Below are positions 30,924 through 63,755 of a DNA stretch of 64,000 nt, one piece after another. The stretch's first letter is position 1, and every line of letters starts with the position of its first letter. The notes under the pieces are model-generated. The model ran no database searches, was not told the DNA's origin, and worked only from the letters and a program-made list of their open reading frames with translations. Both the position numbers and the translations under genes were made by a program. The DNA lies in NCBI RefSeq assembly GCF_009914755.1, contig NC_060943.1; one strand, written 5' to 3'. Origin of the DNA: the human T2T-CHM13v2.0 reference genome, Homo sapiens.

Positions 30924-30925
30924 AA
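29944..30925. mobile_element. Alus in JOSD2 intron: reverse Alu ~29944-30233; forward partial plus AluY-like ~30503-30925
   Basis: Alu consensus in both orientations. Confidence 0.88.
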
Positions 30926-31139
30926 GAACCACTGGATTGAGGTCTGGCTGGGGCTGAGGCCACAGGGACAGACAGGCACAGGAGGCAACATCTCCCCAGA
31001 GTCCCAGCGTCTAGCTTAGGCAAGTGAGCGCGGAGCAGAAGAAAGCCCCCAAGGCTCAGCGCCTGCCTGGCGGCGAGACCCAGGTGGGTCACTCCGCCAG
31101 AGCTCTGCTGCTCCAGGGGCTGGGGTGGGTGACGGTCAC

Positions 31140-31285
31140 CTCTTGCAGATCTCATCGGCAGCCTCCTGGCTAAAGAGCTGCTGCTGCAGAACGTTGTTGA
31201 GGGCGTGGACAGCACACAGCTCCAGGCGCTGCCGTTCGTGGTACACGGTGGGTGGGCTCGGCTGTGCTCCCGGGGCCTGGGACAT
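31140..31285 (-). CDS. JOSD2: JOSD2 first coding exon (MSQAPGAQPSPPTVYHERQRLELCAVHALNNVLQQQLFSQEAADEICK), catalytic Cys24
   Basis: ATG 31285-31283 after a CAGCAG (NAGNAG) acceptor at 31304/31301; AG|gtgacc donor; YHERQ..LCAVHALNN Josephin signature. Confidence 0.96.
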
Positions 31286-31515
31286 GCCGTCCTCGGCTCC
31301 TGCTGGGGGTTGGGAGGGGGAGAAGGTCCTCAGGGGCCCGGGATCTAGAGGTCCAGCCTCCCAGCAGGCCTTTGGGGCATCGCCATTGATTGAGCTGGGA
31401 CTCGGAGCAGCCCAGGAAGACACTGGGCCCCTGACCCCGCTCCCTGGCAGTCTCCTGGCAGCACACGTCCCTCCATCCCTTATTCCTATTCCTACGAAAA
31501 ACGCTGTCTCTTCTG

Positions 31516-31961
31516 CTCCCCTAGCAACAGAAAACCACCCTCACCAGGTCTCTAAGTAAAAGGGTCCCTATCATGGTCACCTAGCAACAGAGGAACCTGC
31601 CTCCCCGTCCCTAGGTAACCAGGGCGCTCTGTGGTTACCTAGCAACAAAGCCCCCTCCCCACCGCACTAGGTAACAAAGTCTGTCCTCCGAGCACCTAGC
31701 AATAGAGAATCCTCCTCCCCTGTCTCTAGGTGATAGGGTCCCCTCTGGTCTCCTAGCAACAGAAGACTCCCCTTCCCCGGTCATGTAGCAGCGAGGCTCT
31801 CTGCTCTTGTCACCTGGCAACGGGGCCCCCTCCCCAGTCACTAAGCAACAGGAGTTCCTCTTCCTATCACCCAGCAACCAGGCCCCCTCCCCGGACACCA
31901 AGGAATGGAGCCCTTCGCCGACCCGCACCCCAGCCACGGCGCTCGCCCTTTGCCTGGCAAC
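31516..31961. promoter_or_regulatory. Homotypic array of ~14-15 RFX X-box-like motifs (~29-bp period)
   Basis: GTCACCTAGCAAC / GTCCCTAGGTAAC-type 13-mers at 31516, 31548, 31576, 31607, 31634, 31663, 31691, 31722, 31748, 31780, 31809, 31837, 31866, 31894 and 31949. Confidence 0.75.
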
Positions 31962-32460
31962 GCCCCTCACCCCGCCTGCCTCTCCGCTCCACCGAGCCAG
32001 GGGTTTCCGCATCCCCTTCCTGGGCGGCGGCTCTGGGCTCCGAGTGCGGGGCGGGCAACACCGCGCTGACTGGGCAGGCGGGACGGACTACAGCTCCCGG
32101 TGATCCCCGCGCGCCGGACTACGACTCCCGTGGGGCCCCGCGGGACTCCTGCTCCACACGGAACGCCCGGGCCGCGTGGCCCTGAAGTCGGCCGTCGGGC
32201 CTAGGAAATGCCGCACTACAACTTCCGTCGGGCTCCGCGGCAGGTCCCGGAAGTGCGCCTCAGAGGCCCTTCTTTCGCATACGGCCGCGCCCACTACCGC
32301 TCAGAGATTCTAGGAAACTTAGTAGGTAGGCTCTCGCGATAGCTTCCTGGCGCCGCGCTCTCATGGGTGCTCGCCCCCGGCGATGGCGTCATGCGCGGTG
32401 CGCAGACGCAGCGTGACGTCACACAAGGGAAAGGGATCAGAGACGCTAGGCGGTGCGGGG
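31900..32460 (-). promoter_or_regulatory. JOSD2: JOSD2 CpG-island promoter and non-coding exon 1 (candidate donor GG|GTGAGG at 31971)
   Basis: Dense CpG; ACTACANNTCCC-like motifs at 32086, 32117 and 32214; ETS CCGGAAGTG 32247; TCTCGCGATA 32332; CRE TGACGTCA 32414. Confidence 0.8.
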
Positions 32461-32476
32461 GGAGGCAGCGGTGATC

Positions 32477-32482
32477 TTTACT
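32477..32482 (-). terminator. ASPDH poly(A) signal variant AGTAAA
   Basis: The only PAS-like hexamer I found between the ASPDH stop (32584) and the JOSD2 promoter. Confidence 0.6.
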
Positions 32483-32583
32483 GAGTCAGAAGGGAGACCC
32501 TGGGGAAGTGGGGCAGGGCAGGGGTGGGATGGTGGTGGTGAGAGGCCAGGCAGATGATCTTGTCTCGGGAGGGAGGAGGCTTC

Positions 32584-32627
32584 TCAGCAGAGATGGATCC
32601 CCGGCCTGGAGGGGAGCTGGCAGCAGG
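32584..32627 (-). CDS. ASPDH: ASPDH exon 7 (A-CCQLPSRPGIHLC*)
   Basis: ctctccccgcag acceptor; TGA 32586-32584; the seven exons give 283 aa. Confidence 0.9.
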
Positions 32628-32884
32628 CTGCGGGGAGAGGGGAATGAGCGAATGAGACAGAGGAGAGATGAGGAGACAGACGCCTGGGGGAGGCAATGGT
32701 GGGAGGAGGGGACAGGGCAGGGGGGCGGTGGAGGAAGACCCGGAGAGAGCGGGACAGAGCCCTGGGGGTGGACAGAGACAGAGAGAGTCTCGATCAGAGG
32801 CGGGCACAAATGGAGACATCTACAGTGCCAGGATTCAAAGTCATGGAGAGAGGTTAAGGAAATAAAGGTCAGAAAGAAAGGTCA

Positions 32885-33178
<294 letters not shown>

Positions 33179-33208
33179 TCAGCCCAACACCCTGCTTAGC
33201 TCTGCTCA

Positions 33209-34001
<793 letters not shown>

Positions 34002-34087
34002 TCACATTTGCTTGAACCAAGGCCCAGAGAGGGTCAGGGAACCCCTGAGATCACACAGTGGCTAAGAGAGCCAGGACAGGAGCTTCA

Positions 34088-34530
<443 letters not shown>

Positions 34531-34621
34531 AGAGAGAAAAAAGTGTTTGTGGAGGGCAGAGAGTCTTGGGAGCTTTAGGAAGGGGTTTGGGGAAGGAGGC
34601 CAAGGATGGTCAGGGACTCAC

Positions 34622-34673
34622 CGAGGCGGCCATAGCCCACCACGCCCACCCTCCACGGGCCCCTGTCGGCCAT
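34622..34673 (-). CDS. ASPDH: ASPDH exon 1 CDS (MADRGPWRVGVVGYGRLG), Rossmann GxGxxG motif; aspartate dehydrogenase domain-containing protein
   Basis: gccATGg Kozak at 34673, G|gtgagt donor. Confidence 0.94.
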
Positions 34674-36504
34674 GGCCCTGAGTGCGGTGTCTGGGGCCTG
34701 GCTCCCTGGGCTGCTCGCTGCCCGCTGCACAAGGCCTGGGCAGCCGCTGCTCTTTGGACATCTGACCCTTGAGCCTCTGGGCTCAGTCTTCCCCCTTCCC
34801 CGCAGGCCCAGCGTGGGGGCGTGGGCCTGCGGGAGTGGAGGCGGGAGAACCCTTCCCTGTGCTCTGTCCACTTTCCCGGGTCCAGCACAGTGAGCATGGT
34901 GACCGGGGGTTCTGGGAGCCCTGCGTGCCCCCCTTTCCCCTGCAGCACACCCTCTTTCTCCCTGCTGATGTGGAAAGTTTCCTCTGCAGTCCCCTGCCCC
35001 CTCTCTGGCCGGCCAGGTTGTCATGGAAACTGCATCTTGCTTTGGGTTGGGAGAAGAGATGGTGACAGGGACTCTGGGCTCTGTCTGTCCCCTCGTGCTC
35101 ACCTCTCCTCCTTGTCCTCAGGCGGCTAAGGTCTGAGGGAGGCTTCAGCCTGGCCGTGGCCCTAGCCCTCCCAGAGGCAGCGGGAGCCCTGGTTGTGGCT
35201 TCTCCTCAATGTGCCCTTGCCTCAGCGGGTCCAACCTCCCTAGCCCCGCTGCGCAGCACGGGTCCCCTTCCCACAGCCTCCGCCCCTGTCCACAGCCTCC
35301 CTCCGCTCTGATCATCCTTCAGTTCACCTTGACTTGCTACCTTTCACTCTGTCCCCCATCGTGCCACCAGCTGCCTCCAGTGTGACGTTCTCGCTCCCAC
35401 GTCCGTCCCTCCCGTTCCCCAGCTCGCATCAGCCCAGGAGAAGCCTTCGAGGCCTGGAGAGGCCAAGTGCCCCCAACATGAGCCCCAGCCTCTGTGCCTT
35501 GAGGGTGCCTGGCATCGGAAATGGCGCAGGCTGCGGCAGCGCAGGCTCCCTGCCCCCAGCCACCACCTGGTACCCGCTGCAGTGTTTCCATGGCAACCAG
35601 GATTGGCGCTGGAAGGAGGCTGGAGAGAAAGAGAGCGTGAACGGGAGCATGGGGTGGGGGGGGCGGGCACTGGGTGGCGAGAGCCCCAAGTTGACGGGAG
35701 GAGAGAGGAGACAGACGCAGGCAGACAGAGAGGGGCCAAGACCCCGACGTGGCACCCAAAGGCTGCCGCTGCTGATAAGGGAGGAATTGGCTTCCAGAGC
35801 CAGGAGCCCCCGGTGTGGGAGAGATGAGATGCCTGGGTGTAGACAGAGCCAGGAAGGGGGCAGGGGCCAGGCACCTCACGGAAGTGGGGGGCCTCCCGCC
35901 ATCTCTACCTTCTGACTCCTGCTGGGGCCTGAGTGTCCCCATAGTGCCCATAGCTGCCGTGTACGGGGTACAGCCTGGGCCACTACGAGGGGAGAAGGGG
36001 GCTGGGCGCAGGCCTGTGTGTCCTCAGGGCTGTGTCCCCGAAGCCACCTCAGCGTGGGAAAGCACTGGAAGGCCCTGCATGGCTCCGTCCCTCCCTCTGC
36101 CTCCCCCAGCAGCGTGAGATGGCAGCCCTGGCCAGCCCCAGCCCTCCAGGGCCTGCAACTCAGGCACCTTGACCCCCCAAGAGACATCACCACCCCCTCC
36201 CCCAACCCACCCAACAGCTGCCCACTGTGCCAGCAACCCCCCAGCCAGGCCCGCTCGGGGTTTGCTCCCTGCCCTCCCAGGGCTCTGCTCCTGCCCTTCT
36301 GAGTGGCACTGTGGTGCCCCTGCCGCCCCAGGCCCACCCGATCCGGCCCTCCAGCCTCCCACTGAACCGGCCAGAAATACAGCTGCTGTGCCCCAGAGGC
36401 CGCAGCCCCGGCCTCCCGCTTGGCCTCCCTCCCCTTCGGCACCCCGTCCTCTGGAGCAGCCTTGAGGGGGTCTGCAGTGGAGAGACACACTCTGGATTGG
36501 GCCC

Positions 36505-37550
<1,046 letters not shown>

Positions 37551-37764
37551 GCGGTGCTGGGGGAGGAGTTTAGGAAGAAAGGGAATCAGACCTTCTCTGG
37601 GGTCTCCAGGGTGAAGGCTGAGGGGCCTAAGACCACCCGGAGGTGCCCCGTGCCCACCCTCCCGACGGAGCTGCGAGGCTGGCTCTCCAGCCTCTCCTTC
37701 CGCCCCCACCCACATTCACTTTGTTTTCTCTCCTCCGTGCTTTCATGACCAAAAAAAATATTTT

Positions 37765-37770
37765 TTTACT
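37765..37770 (-). terminator. Candidate LRRC4B poly(A) signal AGTAAA in an A-rich 3' end
   Basis: tttact on the plus strand ~650 nt after the stop. Confidence 0.5.
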
Positions 37771-38419
37771 TTTTCCATGTTTTTTTTTTAAAGTAATTAC
37801 AGAGCAGGTAGTCGTTGACGCAAACCTCCCTTCAGTATCAAAAGTGTCTGTGGGGCAGGTGGGGCTGGGGCGGGTGGAGGCTCCCCCCCGCGCCGACGAC
37901 AGGGACCGCCGGCCGGGAGCAGAGCCGGGCGCTGGGACGGGAGCTCTGGCGACGTGTCCATCTCTTCAGTTTTGAGGGCGGAGGAGTGGGAGGGAGGGAC
38001 GGGCGTCAAACTGCAAAAACTGAACCGTAAAAGGAAGGTGTTTGGGGCCGAGGGGAAAGGACACCCCTGGAGAAAGCTCCTCTCTCCCCTGGAAGGCGGC
38101 GGGCCCGGAACGCTTGGTGGGAGAGCGAGGAGGAAACGCGGAGAACTCAGGCCACTTCTCCTGGGTCCCACGTCCCCTCCCGTCACCGGGGATTGGCGGG
38201 GGTGAGGCGAGGATCCCAGAGACTCCGCTCCTGGAGCCCCACCCTGTCCTTACTGGGGGTCCGAGCCCCAGATGGGGCTGGAAGCCACCTCTCCCCAATT
38301 CCCTGCGTGGTCCCAGAAGGTGGGCTGGGCTGTGGGAGGGAGGGGTCCCGGTCAGGCTGCGCCCGGGCTGGGACCTGGGTGGGGGGCTCCACGCCCCTCG
38401 CCCGCCCGGCCCCGCCGCC

Positions 38420-40264
38420 TCAGATCTGCGTCTCTTGCACGTTCTCCTTGGAGCCGCTCTTGAAGAGCAGAGGTTCGTGGATGGAGTTGAGGCCAGGCGG
38501 GCCTTTGCCCCCGCAGCCCCCGCCGCTGGGGTTGCTGCTGTAGTGCGCCTTGAAGGCGGCAGCCACGTAGTGGTGGTGGTTGAGGTGGTCTCGCTCCAGG
38601 GCGGGCAGGGCCAGGTGGCTGTCCCCGCCCACACCACCCCCACTGGCCACGGCGGCCGCGGCGGCCACGGACACGGCCGAGGCGGCGGGCAGCTCGTCCT
38701 CCACGTTGATGATCTCCACGGTGCGCGTGGGCCCGTGGTGCTTGTGGAGCTGGTGCTGCTTGCGCAGCTTGTAGAAGGCCACGAGCATCACCGCGGCCAT
38801 GAACGTGATGGCCACGAAGCAGCCGATGATGATTTTGGTGGTCTTCATGACGTCGTCCAGGTCCTTGAGGGCGTTCTCCGTCACATCCGTGATGGGCACC
38901 GTGAACGCCTTCTCCGTGGGCCGCGAGGAGCGCGGGGCGGGTGCCGTGGTAGAAGACGAGGCAGGGCCGGCCGCGTCCCCAGGCCGGCCCCCACCCCAGA
39001 CACCGTCTGTCGTGGGCCCTGGCGGTTCCTTCTCCGTCCCCCGCGGCTGCAGGGCCTCCTCTCCGGGCTGCGTCTCCAGGGTCTCCACGGTCACCGTGGT
39101 GAAGTAGGTGTAGCCGCCACTGCCCCCTCCAACACCACCACTGCCCCCAGGGCCGCCCCCGCCGCTGCCGGTGCCCCCGGCCGCCACGGGGTCCACGGCC
39201 GAGACGTTGAGCGTGGCCGAGGCGGTGGTGTTGCCGGCTGAGTTCGTCACCATGCACGTGTACTGGCCCGTGTCCTGCACGGTGACGTTGGTGAAGTTAA
39301 GCGTGCCGTCATGCAGGACGGAGATGCGCACGCGGTAGGAGCCGTGGGTCATGAGGGTGCCGTTGGGCGTCAGCCAGTTGACGGAGGTCATGGAGGTGCC
39401 CGTGCGGCATTTGAGCTCGGCAGCCATGCCCTCGGTGACGTTGAGGTCCGTGGGCGGCTCCACGATGACGGGCGCATAGCAGGTGAAATGCGACTGGTCC
39501 AGCTCCCCAATGTAGCGCCCCTTGAGGCCGGCGGGCGCATGACAGCGGGCGCAGCACGTCGTGTTGCTGGGCACCGTCTCCTTGAGCCACCAGCTCAGCC
39601 AGAGCACGTCGCAGTTGCAATGCCAGGGGTTGTGGTTGAGGTGCACGCGCTCGAGGCGGTGCAGGGGCGTGAAGAGGTCGTGGGGCAGCGACATCAGGTT
39701 GTTGTGGGACAGGTTGAGCTCCTCCAGCGACTTGAGGTCGTCGAAGGCGTTGCGCTCGATGGTGGCTACCTGGGCGTGCATGAGCCACAGCTTGCGCAGG
39801 CTGGTGAGACCCTGGAAGGAGCCCGGGCGGATCAGGTCCAGCCGGTTGCCCGACAGCTCCAGCTCCTCCAGGCGCACCAGGGCCGTCAGGTTGGGGATGT
39901 CCTTGAGGTTGCACATGCCCAGGTTGAGGTAGCGCAGGTTGACCAGCCCCTCGAAGGCCGCCTCCGAGATGTATTCCAGCCGCTTGAGCTCGCCCAGGTC
40001 CAGGCGCCGCAGCGAGGGCACGCGGTTGAAGGCGTAGGAGGGGATGCTCTCGATGGGGTTGTTCCGCAGCCAGAGCTCCCGCAGCTTGGACAGGTACTCG
40101 AAGGCCTGCGTGGGCACCGTGGTCAGCCGGTTGTCAAAAAGCTCCAGCGTGTTGAGGCTGGGCAGCCCGTTGAAGGCGCCCACCTCGATCTTGCGCACCA
40201 GGTTCTTGCTCAGCTGCAGAATCTCCAGGTGCCGCAGGTGCTTGAACGTGTCCGTCCGGATCAC
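38420..40264 (-). CDS. LRRC4B: LRRC4B (netrin-G ligand 3, NGL-3) last coding exon: LRRs, LRRCT, Ig domain, Gly/Thr-rich stalk, TM helix, C-terminal PDZ-binding ETQI
   Basis: ctctccccag|GTG acceptor at 40265; 614 codons to TGA; LxxLxLxxN repeats, [27 protein letters not shown]; the N-terminal exon lies outside the window. Confidence 0.97.
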
Positions 40265-40443
40265 CTGGGGAGAGGGAGACACGGATCAGTCACGGAGATA
40301 CTGACGGGGACCGTGGGGGGATCACCAAGGTCCCGGGCGCAGGTGGGGCCGTGTGGCTGGATCTCCCGTGCTGTGCTGTGACGGTACGACCTATATTGCA
40401 ACATGGTTTGATGAGTTTCTTATAAAGTTAAAACTGGAGTCAA

Positions 40444-41630
<1,187 letters not shown>

Positions 41631-41669
41631 AACCAAGAATTTTGGGATTGAAGAGGAAAAAACTTTTGA

Positions 41670-44843
<3,174 letters not shown>

Positions 44844-45031
44844 TTATCTGTTGGGAATTATGGACAATTTTTATTCTTGTGTGATATTTTTTCCTCAATG
44901 AGCAAAAATTACTTTTACAGTAAGCAGGAATAAAAACAAAACCAAACCCAGATATACCTGAGAGGCAAACAGCGTAAGAAATGGTAGAATCTGTGGCATA
45001 GGCAGAATCATAAAATAATAATAATGTATGT

Positions 45032-45690
<659 letters not shown>

Positions 45691-46237
45691 GATGCTGCGG
45701 GTTTACTCGGTGCCCAGGGACGCTCTGTGGACACAGTCACCTTTTGTCCATCCAGCAGCCCTAAGAACAAGGACTGTGATCGCCCCGTTTTAGAAAGGAG
45801 GAAACAGGAGCCTAAAGAAGTGGCTTGCTCCATGGCAGAGCTGGGCAGGGCTGGCCGGAGCCTGCGCCCCTCCCCGTCTCGCTCGGCCACCTCACACCCA
45901 CCCATCGCCGTTCCCCGTGGACAGACACGGAAACAGAGGTCACGGGTGTAGTGTGAAGAGCAGAGCCCTGTTCAAATCCCGCCTCCCCCGTCCTGGTTGT
46001 AGGGCCTGTCACTTGAGCTCTCTGTACCTCTGGGCTCACTCTTACCACGAGGAGGATGATGAAAAGCACTTCAGAGGGTGAGGGAGAGGAGATGAGGTCC
46101 CAGTGTTCAGGGGTGCTCAGCACGTCGTCATTCTCATTGTTATCGTTATCGTTGGCGTTGAGAAACTTGTACCATGCCCTTGGGATTACAGCCCTGAGCC
46201 GTCCACTGAAAGGCGGCTCTTAGGGCCAAGAACCGTA

Positions 46238-53246
<7,009 letters not shown>

Positions 53247-54207
53247 TCAGAGGCCCTTCAGAACCTGCCCTGCTGCCCTCTCCTTGACTCTAGCCATAGT
53301 AGGGAGAAGAGAGATGCATGGGGTTCCCTCTGCTTGCCACACTCTGTCCAGCCTCTCTGCCTTTGCACAGGCTCTGCCCCTTTTCTATACTGTCCTCCTC
53401 CTTGTTCTCTGGAAAATTCCAATTGCCTTCCCTGGAAAAGCCCTTTTTGACCCCTGGTCCCTCATCAGTCACACACACACACTCTCTTATTAGATCCCTA
53501 TCGCAGTGACTATAATTTGGTTTCACACGTCTGTCTCCTTGTCTAGGCTGTGAGTTGGTGTGAGTAGAGACTGTGTTGGGGCGACTTCTGCATTCCCAGC
53601 ACGCTATGCAAGGCCAAATTCGTGACAGACTTCGGCCAAGGTCTGCTGAGTAAACAGACTAGAGTGTCTAAGGCTCTTATTGGGGAACACCCTGGTTGTG
53701 CTGGTCCCTGTTTCCCTCACGCTTTTTGGCCTGGGTGATAATGCCAACATGTCAAAATCATGTTGACATCAATATGACAGAACTTGGGAACGGAAAAGCA
53801 TTGGTGTTCTGGTTCCAACCTATTCTGCTTTTTACCTTCGTGTGCACGTCTGAGATCATTAAAGCTACATCACCTTTCTTGTGTTTGTCATCATTTTTAC
53901 TTTCATGATTTCTGTCCTCATGTTTTAGGTATGTCTTTCGATTTTAAGTCAGTCTGAAATCCTTGTCTTTTAACTGGAAGTTTAGCTCATTTACATTTAC
54001 TATAATTACTAATATATTTGAAATTCTTCCTATAATGTTATTTTGTGCTTTTTAATTGTCCTGATTTTTATAGCTTATTCTTTCCCCTTTCCTGTCTTCT
54101 TTGTATTGACTGAATTTCTTATGATTCCATTTCTTCTCTCTACTGTATTAGAATTTATATATTTTCTCATTATTTAGTGGTTACCCTTAAAATTTAACAT
54201 GCATACC

Positions 54208-54445
54208 TAAAGACCAAAGCCAGTTAATTCTTCTCTTCTCCTCCCAAATAATACACAGACCAAAGACCAGTTAATTCTTCTCTTCTCCTCCCAAATAATA
54301 CAAATACCAAAGACCAGTTCATTCTTCTCTTCTCCTCCCAAATAATACAAAGACCAAAGACCAGTTCATTCTTCTCTTCTCCTCCCAAATGATACAAAGA
54401 CCAAAGACTAGTTAATTCTTCTCTTCTCCTCCCAAATAATGCAAA
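54208..54445. repeat. 47-bp minisatellite, 5 copies, at the edge of an AT-rich old L1-like fragment (~53930-54210)
   Basis: AAAGACCAAAGACCAGTTAATTCTTCTCTTCTCCTCCCAAATAATAC, anchors at 54246, 54293, 54340, 54387 and 54434. Confidence 0.92.
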
Positions 54446-55673
54446 GCTGATCTCATCTCTGACTCTAAAACAAAGAGACATCCTGGTCAGCTTCCCAATA
54501 AGGTAAAAGGGGCGGAATCATAATTTGTTAACTGCCGATTATTGCCAGAGCTGTGCTAAATGCTCTGAGGTATGATCTCATTTAATCTTTGTGGAAATTC
54601 TGTCACATGGGGGTTATCAAGCACATACCCCTGCTCCCTTCATATCTGGTGATTCATAGCTGAGAAAATGAAGGTTCAGAGAAGTAAAGTCACTTGTCCC
54701 CAGTCTCACAGGCTCCAAAGTTGCAGAACCAAGACTCAACGTCTCCTTCTCCTGAGCACAGACATGGGAGTCTCCACCACACCTACCCACCCTAAACTGA
54801 AACAGTTGGGCTGTCTGTGGGCTTCACAATGCTTTTTGAGCTGTGGGGCCCATTCATTCTTACATTACCATGTATTGTTTCGCTCATTTGACAGGTTATT
54901 TTTTGAGAGCTGCTATGTGTCAAGTGTCATACTGGGCTCTGGGGATCCAGCTGTGGACAAGACAGACAAAGCCCTGTCTTCCTAGATCCTGGCCTCAGAG
55001 AAGAAGAGAGACACTAAACAAAACAATTATGCCAACAATCATTTAACCAGCAAAGGTGTACACAGATCGTGGAGGCTGCCCTGGTTGCAGGGGGAGGCAG
55101 GCCTGGGGCCCCTCCAAGGCCTGATTTGAAACACCCTAGACCAGATCACCTCTGAAGTTGTGAGTGTCATCACCCTCATGGCCCTGACACAGAGTAGGAT
55201 GGGCAAGGTGGGGATTGGTTCTTGACGCAGGTAAATCCTCCTGCCCCCTCACCCTAACATCTTTAGCCTGACGAAGATGTTGACATTTTGTCCTACAGTA
55301 GAGGACCTAGGCCTGGGGCCACCTCTGACAGCCACATAGCTGCCCACACTTCCAAGTTCCCTGGATCTTCAGCCCCCATCTGCTGAGCCCACCTCCACCT
55401 ATGCTGGGCTCTGGGACAGATCTCAATGATGCAGATGTGAATCCGGCAAAGGGACGTGGCCCCCATCAATGACTGCCTTCTAACCCCGATGGGGACTTTC
55501 CTTTTATCCTGCAACTTGGCCTGTGTAGGGGGACTTTCCACTTTGGTTGTGGTAGGTAAATATTACTAAAGCTGAAAAAAATCCCACTGAGATCTGTTGG
55601 GGTTTTTAAGAAAATAAATTGTGAAGAAATTCCTTATTAAAAATGTAACTGTGGTAAGAAAACAATTAAGTGA

Positions 55674-60745
<5,072 letters not shown>

Positions 60746-61030
60746 TCACTGAAGAAAATCTAGAGAATAAAGAAAACATAAAGAAGAAATTAAATATCCC
60801 TGTAATACTAATGCAAAGAGAAAAGACCCTGTTGACCTTCCTGGGTGTTTCTCGGTCTTTTAAAATATATTGCTTAAGTTTTAAAAGTGAATTGGAGATC
60901 CTATTCACATTCTTTGAAAGCTCAGTATTACGTTTTGAGCATTTCCCCATGTCATCCACTATTATTTGAAACTCTGTTTTAAATAGCTGCATAATATTCC
61001 ATTGTAATGGGCACAGTGATTCATTGAACC

Positions 61031-62334
<1,304 letters not shown>

Positions 62335-63173
62335 ATGTAACCAGTCCCTTGTCAGCAGGAGTTGAGGCTACTTCTAAACGTTGGTAGTCGGGCCATCCTT
62401 AAACACAACTCTTTGAAGCCCCTCTAATAATTTCCTTAGGATGGATTGGTTTGTTCCTTAAGCTGGAACCACACTTGCTTGCCATACAACCTCATAGCCG
62501 GCCCCAGGAGGGACCCAGAGCCGCCCGCTAAAAGCCTTGGGTGGATTCAGTGGTACTTTGTTAAATTAAGTACATGAATATCCTACGGCCCGGCAATTCC
62601 CTCTGGGTATATATTCCACAGAAATGATCATGCAGCTCCCAGAGGGGTCCTGAGGGAGGATTTGCGGTGGGGCAGCTAGAAGCCTCCGGGACGTCCAGTC
62701 TCATCAGGAAGCAGTGGGGGACTTGGCAGATGGACGGGGGTGGGTGCCCATCAATTCTGTAGCAGCAACAGCAGCAGAGTGGACACACACAGCAATATGA
62801 ACCACTCTCAGAAACACAGGCCGAGCGAACACAGTGAGACAAAGACAGCGATCTTAACGCAGCTTCATCTGCATAAATTAAGAATACGTGTACGCAAAGC
62901 AACAATACCCATTTTGCAAGAACACACACAAGCAAAAAATCCACAGTAAACACATTAGGAGGACTTTCTGTGGGGAGAGGGTAAGGCGGGGATATGAGGA
63001 TAAAAGGGAGGGAAGGAGGAAGGAGCCAGTCCGGTGAGGACCAGGTACCTGACTGAGGAGCGAGGAGTGGACAGGCTGGGCCCAGCCGAGGTGGTGCACC
63101 TTCCCCCCAGGTCCCGAGGAGATGGAGGCGAAGATCTGCACCCGGTCTTCTCCCAGGGGGCCAGGGCATGTGA

Positions 63174-63755
<582 letters not shown>

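Noticed and set aside
38042-40381. Plus-strand ORFs of 399 and 356 aa
   Set aside because: Antisense shadows of the GC3-rich LRRC4B CDS
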